Shown: positions 1-11,339 of the stretch, piece by piece | Position numbering within the stretch: the stretch's first letter is position 1 | Layout: each line of letters starts with the position of its first letter | Assembly (NCBI GenBank): GCA_963575745.1 | Contig: CAUYUJ010000065.1 | Coordinates: forward strand, 62,001-118,803 | Source of the DNA: Prorocentrum cordatum | Taxonomy: Eukaryota | Reading direction: 5' to 3' | Length of the DNA: 56,803 nucleotides | The notes under the pieces: model-generated | Seen by the model: the letters and a program-made list of their open reading frames with translations, nothing else | Told to the model about the DNA's origin: nothing | The model's database searches: none | Translations under genes and position numbers: made by a program

Positions 1-16
1 CGAAAGCGCAAATCGC

Positions 17-1729
17 ATGCCAAAGGGGCATACGTGTCTACTTTGCGATACTCTCAGCGGCGAGCTGACCGATGTGCTTGACACCATGGCAGACTCCTTG
101 GCCTCGGCGCTCACCAACGCGCGCGCGGAAGCGAAGGCGGCGCTGGACGCCGATAAGCGCGAGGATTTGCGGAGGCTGCTCGATGACTCCGTTGAGCCGC
201 TCTCCGAAGTCAACGAGCTGCTTCTGGACGCCTTGGACCCGCTGGTTGACGGGGAGAACTGGGACATGGTGGAGTCGAGCGTGACGGAAGGCAGGCTAAG
301 CATGTACATCCTCCCCGCGTATGGGCTGCTCGCCGTGATCTGTGGCGGTCTGGGGTGCCTCGCCTTCTCGCTGCGGGAGAGCGGCGCGGACGGGCAGACG
401 CAGGCGCTGCCGCACAGGTGCGCCTGCTGCAGCTGGTGCTGCGGCTTCTTCGTGGCCGCGCTGTGCTTCCTGGCCGGCGGGTTCCTGCAGACCCTCGGCG
501 TGCCCCTGGGCGTCACGTGCCTGACCCTCGACGGCTTCAACGGGGACGTCATCGATGGCTCCTCGGACGCGCTGGAGCTCGATCTCACCGGGGACTCCCT
601 CACCATGGTGAAGAACATCGTGGACCAGTGCCTGAACCCGTCAGACGTCTCTGTGTCGGCAAACTTCGCGGACGTCCTCCTGACCACCTCGGCAGGCTCC
701 ACCCAGACGATGAGGCAGTTGATCGAGGCCGATCTGAAGGAAGCGATCGACGCGCCATTTGCCGAGCTTCAAACCAAGTTGTCGAGCGCGAATACGGCGC
801 TGGCCAACAATACGGGAGTGACGGGCCTGCGGGAGCTTCTGAGCGTGTACGGGGCATCCATTTCAGAATTCATCGTGACAGATGGTGACTCGATGAATGC
901 CCTTATTGCGGCTGACGGGATAACTGGGGAGGACGTTACGATGATCACCTCGTTGGCCTGCTCAAACTCAACAACCTTCGATGATGTGCCTATCTTGGGC
1001 ATGGACGCGTACTTCTCAGGCCCTTCGGCCCTTACAGAGTCAGACTATGACTTGACCGTGACCATGCCTTGCAGTTCATCAGCATTGCCCCCTTGCTTCT
1101 CTGAAGCCAATTGCAAAGCGTCATCTTTCGTCATTCAGACGAAGGAGGACCTCAGAAACGACGTCGAGTTCAGGTGCGACGTGTTCCAAGACGCCTCTGG
1201 CACTGAGTGCCCAGTCTGGACCCAGCGCGTAGATGGGGTAGCAGCTGATTATGTAACGTGCATGGGTTCCGATAATACTTATTCGAGGCTCCCAAAAAAT
1301 TGCACTTTAACTCAGTTCGAGACGTACCTTGCGGAATTTAACGAGAGAATTAAAGTTGCCTTCACAACCCTCGACGACACCACGGCCACCATGACAGCCG
1401 AGATCGACGTGGGGCTGCGTGAGCTGATCGACGACAATGTTGTCAGCGAGGTCACAGAGATTCTGGATGGTATGGGGTGTAACTTCTTGGGGGAGTTCTA
1501 CCAGAGCATCATTTGGGGCGCGTGCTACGAGGGAGTGGGTGGCATGGCTTATCTCGGCTTCCTGTACGTGATTGTGGGTGCCTTGATGTGCGTGCTGATA
1601 ATCGTCACGTACGCCATGTGGCGACGCTCGGTCGACAACTACAATTGGGACATGGAGCACCCAGGCGATGGTGGTTATCCTGCTTCGTCTGACGATGGAG
1701 GTGGCGGCGATCGCGACGAGTCCATCTGA
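17..1729 (+). CDS. Multi-pass membrane protein, possibly the C-terminal half of a prominin-like protein; probably 5'-partial (terminal exon or retrocopy)
   Basis: 570 uninterrupted non-repetitive codons with GC3-biased usage. Hydrophobic segments LPAYGLLAVICGGLGCLAF and GFFVAALCFLAGGFL flank a Cys cluster (CACCSWCC). A long Cys-containing loop follows, then C-x14-C (GCNFLGEFYQSIIWGAC) and a last TM (MAYLGFLYVIVGALMCVLIIVTYAMW). The first ~13 codons may be intronic (possible acceptor ctctcAG at 56-57). The family call rests on topology only. Confidence 0.65.
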   Translation: MPKGHTCLLCDTLSGELTDVLDTMADSLASALTNARAEAKAALDADKREDLRRLLDDSVEPLSEVNELLLDALDPLVDGENWDMVESSVTEGRLSMYILPAYGLLAVICGGLGCLAFSLRESGADGQTQALPHRCACCSWCCGFFVAALCFLAGGFLQTLGVPLGVTCLTLDGFNGDVIDGSSDALELDLTGDSLTMVKNIVDQCLNPSDVSVSANFADVLLTTSAGSTQTMRQLIEADLKEAIDAPFAELQTKLSSANTALANNTGVTGLRELLSVYGASISEFIVTDGDSMNALIAADGITGEDVTMITSLACSNSTTFDDVPILGMDAYFSGPSALTESDYDLTVTMPCSSSALPPCFSEANCKASSFVIQTKEDLRNDVEFRCDVFQDASGTECPVWTQRVDGVAADYVTCMGSDNTYSRLPKNCTLTQFETYLAEFNERIKVAFTTLDDTTATMTAEIDVGLRELIDDNVVSEVTEILDGMGCNFLGEFYQSIIWGACYEGVGGMAYLGFLYVIVGALMCVLIIVTYAMWRRSVDNYNWDMEHPGDGGYPASSDDGGGGDRDESI

Positions 1730-2329
1730 GCACCCTGCGGGTGTGCGGGGCAGCCGCGGGCGGGGCGGAGCGGCGTGGCTGATGTACCGATCTGGCGGCC
1801 ACGGCGGCGTCCACGCTGCTCGCCCGCCTCCCTCTGCCTCCCCCTCTCCCTGTCCTTGTGCTTCTCTCGCTTTCAAACCTCGGCAATGCTTCTAGTTTTG
1901 ATTTGAGAGGCTCGAGACTGTGTGCCAAAGTAGCCGGCAGTTCCCAAGCTGGACTATTGTGTTGTCCAAGCGCGAGCTCGCAGTCATTCCATTTGGGTTT
2001 GGCGGAGCGATCCGTGTTGCCGCATTGCCTTCGTTCTTTTGTCCCGTCATCCAGCTCTGCTCGAATATTCCTTTCTGTATCCATCCCCCATTTTCCTTAG
2101 GTTCCCGCTCCGCCCTCCAACTGGCCCGTACTTGTCCTTCTGCCTGGTGCTGCCTCGCAGAATGCGTGTTCCGCTCCGCGGCGCAAATAACAGCGACCGC
2201 AATACGCCGCCCTGCAGGCGAGCACAGATTTTTCCCACATCCTGAGTGGGAGCTATCGTTTTCCTTCCCTTTCTGCATCATCCTCCTCCTCGTCCCTCCC
2301 TGTGCGCCTCCGCTCCAGAGGGGGCCCCA

Positions 2330-2432
2330 GCTGCCCTCCTAAGAGGGCCCCAAGACGGCCCCCAAAGGGCCCTCGACGGCCCAAGAGGCACTCCAAGAGA
2401 GCACCAATACGGCCCTAGATGCCCCCCAGGAA
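2330..2432. repeat. Short degenerate GGCCCCAAGA-type minisatellite
   Basis: Repeated ggccccaaga/ggcccaagagg/ctccaagaga motifs. A similar motif on the opposite strand (ctcttggggg cctc) occurs at 44900-44970. Confidence 0.5.
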
Positions 2433-3214
2433 TCGTCACAAGTCTGCCCATTCTCTCCTCTCTTCTCCGCGCGGCATTGCGCCTCCGCTGCCTTCCCATT
2501 ATGGCCATCTACTGTAACGAGTTGGCACTTGGCTTTGCTGCGCGAGCTGTGAGGGCAGATCGGCATGCATCCGCAGATAGCAGGGGGCACTTTCGAATGT
2601 TCAGCGACGGGAAGTATTGAGCGAGCCGACGGGTGTGCCACTTGCGCACGACTCCCGCCCCCTGGCTCCTTCTCTTCTCTATAGCCTCGCCCCCGCATGT
2701 CGAAGCCCTGTGGAGCAGGCACGGCGCTGCGACGGAGGCCAAGGCGTAGTGCACGGCGAGTCGAGCAGTTCTCCGTATAGAGAATCGCAGAGCCGTCTTG
2801 CCACCTCCCATGCCGCCAGCTGCAGGCGATCTTGCACCACTATCCCTTCCCTTGTTTCGGTCTTGAGCCTCGCTTCCTCGTGTGCTGGTGTTCCTTCGGT
2901 ATTTTTCGCGGGTATGTGCGTGCGCCCGACAGGGGGAACCGAACTCGTGTCTCACGGCTCCGCGGTGGGAGACAACCTGACATTTTGGGCGTCGGTTCCA
3001 GCCGCGGGCCGCGGCAGTTTTGCACTTATTCGGTCGAGGAGGCTGACGACGAGGAGAAATGGGTTGTCTTGGCGAAGGACCCAACCATACGCAATTGTCC
3101 GTACCGCAAGGCAAGTGAAACGAAGGAGAGGGAGCTCCCGCCGCGAGGCTTTCGGCGGTGCAGCTCCCCAGGGGCAGGCCCCGAAACGCGCGTGGAGCGT
3201 GCCGGCATGGGTCA

Positions 3215-4235
3215 GGGAGGCGCAAGTGATCACAGCCGTTGGGGCCTTCGGTGGAGCTCCCCATGTGGCCACGCAGCGCTGTACTGGGCGGCGCGGACGC
3301 CTGTGCTCACAGCCACTAGGGCCTTTGGTGGAGCTCCCTTGAGGGCCACGGGGCCACGAAGCTCTGTACTGGACAGCGCGGGCGCATGTGGTCACAGTCA
3401 CTGGGGCTTTCGGTGGAGCTGCTTATGGGGCCACGAAACGCTGTACTGGGTGGCGCGGGCGCAGGTGGGCACAGCCACTGAGGCTTTCGATGGAGCTCCC
3501 TTTTGGGCCATGAAGCGCTGTACAAGGTGGCGCGGACGCAGATGGTCAAATCCACTTGGGTCTGCGGTGGGGCTCTCAATGGGACCACGAAGCGCTGTGC
3601 AGGGCGGCGCGGGCGCATGTGGGCATATCCGCTGGGGCTTTCGGTGGAGCTCCCTATGGGGCCACGAAGCACTGTACTGGGTGGCGCGGGCGCATGTGGT
3701 CACAGCCGCTGGGGCTTTCGGTGGAGCCCCCTATGGGGGGGCTGCGGAGCGCTGTAATGGGTGGCGCGGGCGCATGTGGTCACAGCCACGGGGGCCTTCG
3801 GTAGAGCCCCCTTTGGGGCCACGAAGCGTTGTACTGGGTGACGCGGGCGCATGTCGTCAGATCCACTGGGGCCCTCGGTGGAACTCCTCATGAGGCCACG
3901 AAGCGCTGTACTTCGGTGGAGCTCCCTATGGGGCCACGAAGCACTGTACTGGGTGCCGCGGGCGCATGTGGGGCACGGAACGCTGTGCTGGGTGGCGCAA
4001 GCTCATGTGGTCACACCCACTGGGGCCTTCGGTGGAGCACCCCTATGGGCCCCCGAAGCGCTGTGCTGGGTGGCGCGGACGCATGTGATTGCAGCCACTG
4101 GGACCTTCGGTGGAGTTCCCAATTGGGCCACCAAGCGTGTGAGGGGTGTGCCGACATGGGTGGCGGGGGCGCAGGTGATTACAGCCGCTGGGCCCTTCGG
4201 TCGCGCTCCATGTGGGGCCACGAAATGTTGTACTA
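3215..4235 (+). repeat. 77-bp tandem minisatellite (~13 units), core GCCACTGGGGCCTTCGGTGGAGCTCCCTATGGGGCCACGAAGCG
   Basis: GGAGCT recurs at 3253, 3330, 3415 (unit with an 8-bp internal duplication) and 3492, then continues at a 77-bp period. Confidence 0.9.
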
Positions 4236-4276
4236 AGTGCGCTGAAATAGTGGACACGCAGAGGACAGAGGCAGGG

Positions 4277-4873
4277 TGAGAGGAGGAAGAGAAGGAGGAG
4301 GATGAGGAGGAGGAGGAGGAGGAGGAGTAGGCGGAGAAGGAAGCGGAGGAGGAGGGGGAGGGGGGTGGAGGACGAGGAGGATGATTCTGATGATGATGAG
4401 GAGGAGGAGGAGGAAGAGGAGAAGGGAGGAAGAGGATGAGGAGGAGGATGAGGAGGATGCGGACGATGAGGAGGAAGGGGAGGAGGTGGAAGAGGAGGCG
4501 GATGAGGAGGAGGAGGAGTAGGAGGAGGACGAGGAGGAGGAGGAGGAGGATGGGGAAGACGGGTAGGATGGGGATGAGGACGAGTATGCCGAGAATGCGG
4601 TGGAGGAGGAGGAGGAGGAGGAATAGGAGGAAGAATAGGAGGAGGGAGGGAGGAGGAGGAGGAGGAGGAGGAGGAAGAGGAGGAGGAGGAGGAGGATGCG
4701 GACGATGAGGAGGCGGAGGCTGATGATGCTGATGATGATGCTGATGATGATGATGCTGCTGATGCTGATGATAGTGCTGATAACGATGATGGTGCTGATG
4801 GCGATGATGATGCGGATGATGCTGATGATGACGATGATGCTGGCGATGAGGATGATGCTGCTGATGATGATGC

Positions 4874-4905
<32 letters not shown>

Positions 4906-5106
4906 CGGATGCCGATGCTGAGCACGATGCTGTTAATGATGACGATGCTGATACTGCTGATCATGATGATGCTGTTGATGCTGCTGTTGATGCTGATGCC
5001 GATGAGGATAATGCTGATGCTGCTCATGATGTTGATGATGGTGATGATGATGATGCTGATGATGCTGATGATGCTGATGATGCTGATGATGATTATGATG
5101 ATGACG

Positions 5107-5163
<57 letters not shown>

Positions 5164-5167
5164 CTGG

Positions 5168-5202
<35 letters not shown>

Positions 5203-5461
5203 CTGATGATGATGATGATGATGATGCGGCGGAGGAGGATGAGGTGGAGGAGGAGGATGAGGATGAGGCGAAGGAGGAAGAGGAGGAGGAGGTGGCGAAT
5301 GATGGGGAGGAGGATGATGAGGAGGAGGAGGAAGAGGAGGCGGAGGAGGAGGAGGAGGCGGAGCAGGAGGAGGAGGAGGAGGAGGAGGAGGAGGAGGAAG
5401 ATGAGGAGGAGGAGGAGGATGAGGACGATGAGGCGGATGCTGATGATGACGACGATGATGC

Positions 5462-5508
<47 letters not shown>

Positions 5509-5570
5509 CTGATGCTGCTGCTGATGCTGATGATGATGATGCTGATGCTGATGATGATGATGCTGACGAC

Positions 5571-5622
<52 letters not shown>

Positions 5623-6069
5623 CTGATGTGCTGATGATGATGATGATGATTATGATGCAGCGGATGCTGCTGCTGATGACGATGATGACGACGACGATGA
5701 TGATGGTGCTGCTGCTGATGATGAGGACGACGATGCTGATGATGACGATGATGATGGTACTGCTGGTGATGATGATGCTGATGATGCTGATGCTGCTGAT
5801 GGTGACGATGATGCTGATGATGCTGATGCTGCTGATGGTGACGATGATGCTGATGGTGATGATGATGCTGCTGATGATGATGTTGCTGATGATGATGCTG
5901 GCGATGAGGATGCTGCTGATGATGATGATGATGATGATGCGGATGCCGATGCTGATCACGATGCTGTTAATGATGACGATGCTGATTATGATGACGATGC
6001 TGCTGGTGCTGCTGTTTATGCTCATGCCGATCAGGATGCTGCTGATCATGCTGATGATGCTGATGATGG

Positions 6070-6102
<33 letters not shown>

Positions 6103-6447
6103 GGAGGATGATGACGACGAGTACGATGCCCATGCTGATGCTGCGGCTGCTGCGGATGATGATGCTGCTGCTGAGGATGATTATGATGATGCCGATGACG
6201 ATGATGATGATGATGATGCTGATGACGATGCTGGTGATGATGATGGTAACGATGATGCAGTTGCTGATGCTGCTGATGCTGATGATGTTGATGATGCTGA
6301 TGATGGAGACGATGATGCTGCTGCTGATGAGGATGACGACGCTGATGATGATTATGATGATGCTGTTGCGGACGAGGATGATGGTTCTGATGCTGATTAT
6401 GATGATAATGATGATTCGGATGCTGATTATGATGTCGATGATGATGC

Positions 6448-6482
<35 letters not shown>

Positions 6483-6658
6483 GTGATGCCGATGCTGGTG
6501 CTGATGCTGATGATGATGTGGCGGATTCTGATGATGCTGATGATGCCGCTGATGCTGATGCTGATGATGATGCTGATGATGATGATGATGATAATGATGC
6601 CCATGATGAGGCTGCTGATGACGATGATGATGATGATGATGATGACGATGATGATGAC

Positions 6659-6722
<64 letters not shown>

Positions 6723-6996
6723 CTGATGCTGATACTGATGCTGATGCTGATGCTCATGATGATGATGCTGATGCTGATGCTGATGCTTATGATGATGAGG
6801 AGGAGGAGGATGAGGAGGAGGAGGAGGAGGAGGCCGAGGAAGCGGAGAACGAGGAACGAGACGAGGAGGAGGAGGCGGAGGAGGAGGATGAAGCGGAGGA
6901 GGAGCATGGGGCAGAGGAGGAGGATGGTGATGATGAGGAGGAGGAGGAGGAGGAAGATGATGTTGATGATGATGCGGATGATGTTAATGATGTTTG

Positions 6997-7043
<47 letters not shown>

Positions 7044-8532
7044 GTGATGATTATGATGCTGATGATGCTGATGCTGATGCTGATGATGCTGATGATGCTG
7101 ATGATGATGATGATGGTGATGATGGCGATGATGATGATGCTGCTGATGCTCATGCTGATGCTCATGCTGATGCTGCTGCTGATGATGATGCTGTCATGAG
7201 GAGGAGGAGAAGCAGGAGGATGAGGAGGAGGAGCAGGAGGATGAGGAGGAGGAGGAGGATGCGGAGGAGGTGGAAGATGAGGAGGCGGAGGCGGCGGAGG
7301 AGGAGGATGAGGATGAGGAGGAGGAGAAGGCGGAGGCGGAGGCGGAGGAGGAGGAGGAAGAGGAGGAGGAGGAGGAGGAGGATGATGATGCTGATGCTGA
7401 TGCTAATGCTGATGCTGCTGCTGCTGATGATGATGCTGATGATGATGGCAACGATGACGATGATGATGATGCTGATGATGCCGATGCTGATGATGCTGTT
7501 GATGATGATGCTGATGATGATGCGGATTATGATGATGATGCTGTTGATGCTGCTGTTGATGACGATGCTGATGATGACGACGATGCTGATGGTGGTGATG
7601 ATGATGACGACCACGATGCTGATGATGAGGCTGATGGTCATGATGGTGATGATGCTGCTGCTGATGATGATGCTGCTGCTGATGATGATGATTATGCTGA
7701 TGCTGATGCTGATGATGCTGATGATGACGATGGTGCTGATGATGATGCTGCGGCTGCTTATGCTGCTGTTGCTGATGATGATGAGGATGATGATGCTGAT
7801 GCCGATGATGATTATTATTCGTATTGTCAGTATTATTACTATTATGAGTAATCTTTATTTTTTTTTTTACCATGATGATGGTGATGCTGATGATGCTGAT
7901 GCTGATGCTGATGCTACTGATGATGATATTGATGATGTCGATGCTGATGAGGATGACTCTGATTATGCTGCTCACGATGATGATGATGAGGGTGATGATG
8001 CTGATGCTGATTATGATGATGATGATGCTGATGATGATGATGATGTGGCTGATGATGATGAGGATGATGTCGAAGATAATGGTGATGCTGCTGCTGCTGA
8101 TGATGATGACGATCATGATGATGATGATGATGCTGATGCTGCTGCTGATGCTGGTGCTGATGATGATGATGAGGACGATGATGATGATGTTGTTGATGCT
8201 GATGATGATGCTGATGATGATGCTGATGATGATGCTGATGTTGCTGCTGATGATAATGCTGACGATGATGATGCTGATGATGAGTATGATGATAATGAGG
8301 ATGATGATGACGATGACGATGATGATGATAATGCTGATGACGACGATGATGCTGATGCTGATGCGAATGCTGATGCTGATGCTTCTTATGATGATGATGA
8401 TGGTACTGATGATGGTGATGATGATGATGATGCTGATGTTGATGATGTTTACGATGATGATGACGATGCTGCTGCTGATGATGATGGTGGTTATGATGAT
8501 GGTGATGATGATGATGATGGTGATTCTGCTGC

Positions 8533-8618
<86 letters not shown>

Positions 8619-8764
8619 CTTATGATGATGATGATGATGATGATGATGACGATGGTGAAAAGGATGATGATGATGACGATGATGGTGATGATGGTGATGA
8701 TGATGATGATGGAGATGATAATGATGATGATGATGACGATGATGAAAAGGATGATGATGATGAC

Positions 8765-8809
<45 letters not shown>

Positions 8810-9012
8810 GATGATGATGATGATGAGTATGAGTATGAGTATGAGTATGAGTATGATGATGATGATGCTGATGATGATGAGGATGATGATGCTGATGATG
8901 ATGATGATGAGATGGTGGTGGTGATGATGGTGATGACGATGATGCTGCTGATGATGATGATTATGATGATGATGATGACGATGGTGGTGGTGGTGATGAT
9001 GATGATGATGAT

Positions 9013-9061
<49 letters not shown>

Positions 9062-9068
9062 CTGCTGC

Positions 9069-9115
<47 letters not shown>

Positions 9116-9700
9116 CTGATGATGATGAGGACGAGGACGAGGACGATGACGATGACGAGGAGGAGGAGGAGGAGGAGGAGGAGGAGAGGAGGGGAGGAGG
9201 AGGAGGAGGAGGGGAGGAGGCGGAGGCGGAGGAGGAGGAGGAGGAGGAGGGAGGAGGAGGAGGAGGAGGAGGAAGGAGGAGGAGGAGGAGGAGGAGGAGG
9301 AGGAGGAGGAGGAGGAGAGAGAAGGAGGCGGAGGCGGAGGCGGAGGCGGAGGCGGAGGAGAGGAGGAGGAGGAGGAGGAGGAGGAGGAGGAGGAGGAGGA
9401 GGAGGAGGAGGAGGGAGGAGGGGGAGGGAGGAGGGAGGAGGGAGGAGGGAGGAGGGAGGAGGGAGGAGGAGCGAGGAGGGAGGAGGAGCGAGGAGGGAGG
9501 AGGGAGGAGGGAGGAGAGGGGGAGGGAGGAGGGAGGAGGAGGAGGGAGGAGGGAGGAGGAGGAGGGAGGAGGGAGGAGGGAGGAGGAGGAGGAGGAGGAG
9601 GAGGAGGAGGAGGAGGAGGAGGAGGAGGAGGAGGAGGAGGAGGAGAGGAGGAGGAGGCGGAGGAGGAGGAGGAGGAGGAGGAGAGGAGGAGGAGGAGGAG
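4277..9700 (+). repeat. Compound degenerate trinucleotide microsatellite (GAG)n/(GAT,GCT)n
   Basis: Directly visible alternating GAG and GAT/GCT/GAC blocks. Confidence 0.97.
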
Positions 9701-9949
9701 GACATAAGATACTATAGTACCATATAGTATACGATACGATAAGACCCTGGGGCGCCGATCCCTCCCTGCACTGCTATGCAAACCCTCGCTCACAATCACA
9801 CATACAGCACAACCAAAGATGCGCCTGGGAGGGGGAGGAGGAGGAAGAGGAGGAGGAGGCGGAGGAGGAGGAGGAGGAGGAGGAGGAGGAGGAGGAGGAG
9901 GAGGAGGAGGAGGTTGAGGAGGAGGAGGAGGAGGAGGAGGAGGAACAGG

Positions 9950-9971
9950 ACCGTAGCCATTTTGGCTCAAG
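9950..9971 (+). other. Complete dinoflagellate spliced-leader (DinoSL) sequence integrated in genomic DNA
   Basis: ACCGTAGCCATTTTGGCTCAAG is an exact match to the DCCGTAGCCATTTTGGCTCAAG consensus. It is followed by GTCC.../TCCGTAGC, not obviously by an SL-RNA intron, and leads into LINE sequence. Confidence 0.95.
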
Positions 9972-10113
9972 TCCGTAGCGGTGGCTTAGAGGACGAGAGT
10001 TTTTGGCAGGGGGGGTAAGCGGCCTCCTCAGTTACCTGGCGCAGTATTGGGGTTCCCCCACGCTTACCATACATCCTTACGACGGTTTCTCTTTTCTCAA
10101 GCACGGTTGGATC

Positions 10114-11215
10114 ATGGTTCCTTCTCTCTCTAAGCCTGCTGGCGGACGGAAATGCCCCAAATGTGGCTGTGTACGGAACCTACAACACTGGTCGTGGTGC
10201 AAGCACTGCTACGCACCATGGCAGGGGGTTGGTTCATGGTCCCCAGACAAATCTACGAAGAACTCCAAGTGTAATGGCGGCAACGCGGTGGACACCCTGT
10301 TCGGCACCGCCAACACAAACTCGCCCTTCAAAACTGACGGCCGCACGGAAGAGCTGGGTGAGGAAGATTTGGTGCATTTGGTTGCAATCTACAAGAAGGC
10401 AGGCCAACTGGAAGATATCAACACATACCAAGGCCAGCTGGACAAGCTATGAGCCCAACTCTACCCTGCCGCAATGGGCCCAAACGGAGAAGCTCGATAA
10501 AGCCTACAAGCAGATCCAGCACTTGGAAAGGCAGCTCAATCACCAGACCGAGTCCTAATACAAGGTTGCATTGCAGTTGTCTTACCACGTTGGCCAGATC
10601 AAGAAGCTGTCGGATGATCTTGAAGAACAAGAACGGGTATACAAAGAAGCCACACAGGACCTCCATGCAGGAGTAGCAGGACCGCATCATCAGGATAAGC
10701 ACGCTGCCCCATCTGCCGCTTCTTTGGAAGGGATTATGGCAGGCAAGGTGGGGTTCTTGGGTACCAACCCAGGCGAGCTGTTCGGGCTCAATGATTACGT
10801 TGACCTTACCCCAGAAGACACAGCGGAAGCAGAGAAACGCCTCAATCACCCCAAGCAGATATTTGCTGAGCAGGCTAGGACCATGCTCGGCGCGGTCAAA
10901 GATAGAGCAGAGGCCTTCAAAGGCGAGCACGAAACTCAAACAGAGAGATCCAATAATAAGCGCAAGTAGGAGGGGCCAGGGGAAGGTACATCAAATACTG
11001 GAGGTGCTGACCCAGCATCAAGCGCACCTGCAACAGGAGCACAAGGACGACCCGCAGCAGCCCCAGTCCCGTGGGCAAGTGCATCTCCAGCGAGAACTAG
11101 GACGGCTGAGGTACTACAGGCCCCAGGCGTCTCCATGCCGAACCACCCGTTCGACAAGGGCAAGGGCGAGGGCAAGGGCGGCAGGGGCTCATCGACTTCA
11201 CCGCCGAGGGGGTAA
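10114..11215 (+). pseudogene. LINE ORF1 (RanBP2-like zinc finger + coiled coil), frameshifted with internal stops
   Basis: MVPSLSKPAGGRK-CPKC-x4-N-x6-CKHC. Helical/coiled-coil segments (EKLDKAYKQIQHLERQL, IKKLSDDLEEQERVYKE) are spread over frames, followed by a low-complexity KGKGEGKGG tail ending at TAA 11213-11215. Confidence 0.65.
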
Positions 11216-11339
11216 TAATCAAGGCGCAAGCTCTCCAGGCGGCTGGGCTGAAAAGCAGTGGCCGCATGTTTCTGGACATGTGCTGCGAGGGGCGAAACCT
11301 CTCTCTGGTGGGGGCACTGGAAATCGGAGGGCCCAATCT

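Noticed and set aside
3215..4235. Hammerhead ribozyme/retrozyme in the satellite core
   Set aside because: No CUGANGA box accompanies the occasional CGAAA, and the CTTCGG is not closed by an extended stem.
2832..4279. ORFs with GAFGGAPYGATKR repeats (also 29100-30575)
   Set aside because: They are open frames across the satellite on both strands, and the 77-bp unit is not a multiple of three.
7835..7870. T-rich run inside the GAT tract as an antisense poly(A) tail
   Set aside because: It has no attached element body or TSD and is too short to support.
4233..9970. Very long poly-M/D/E/I/S/H ORFs (up to 1069 aa), and similar ORFs at 17000-20800, 23500-27100 and 52000-56300
   Set aside because: They are translations of stop-free trinucleotide microsatellites with no domain content.
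9950..10010. Bona fide SL RNA gene
   Set aside because: The SL is not followed by a GT donor and SL-RNA intron and is not in an SL/5S array; it leads directly into LINE sequence.
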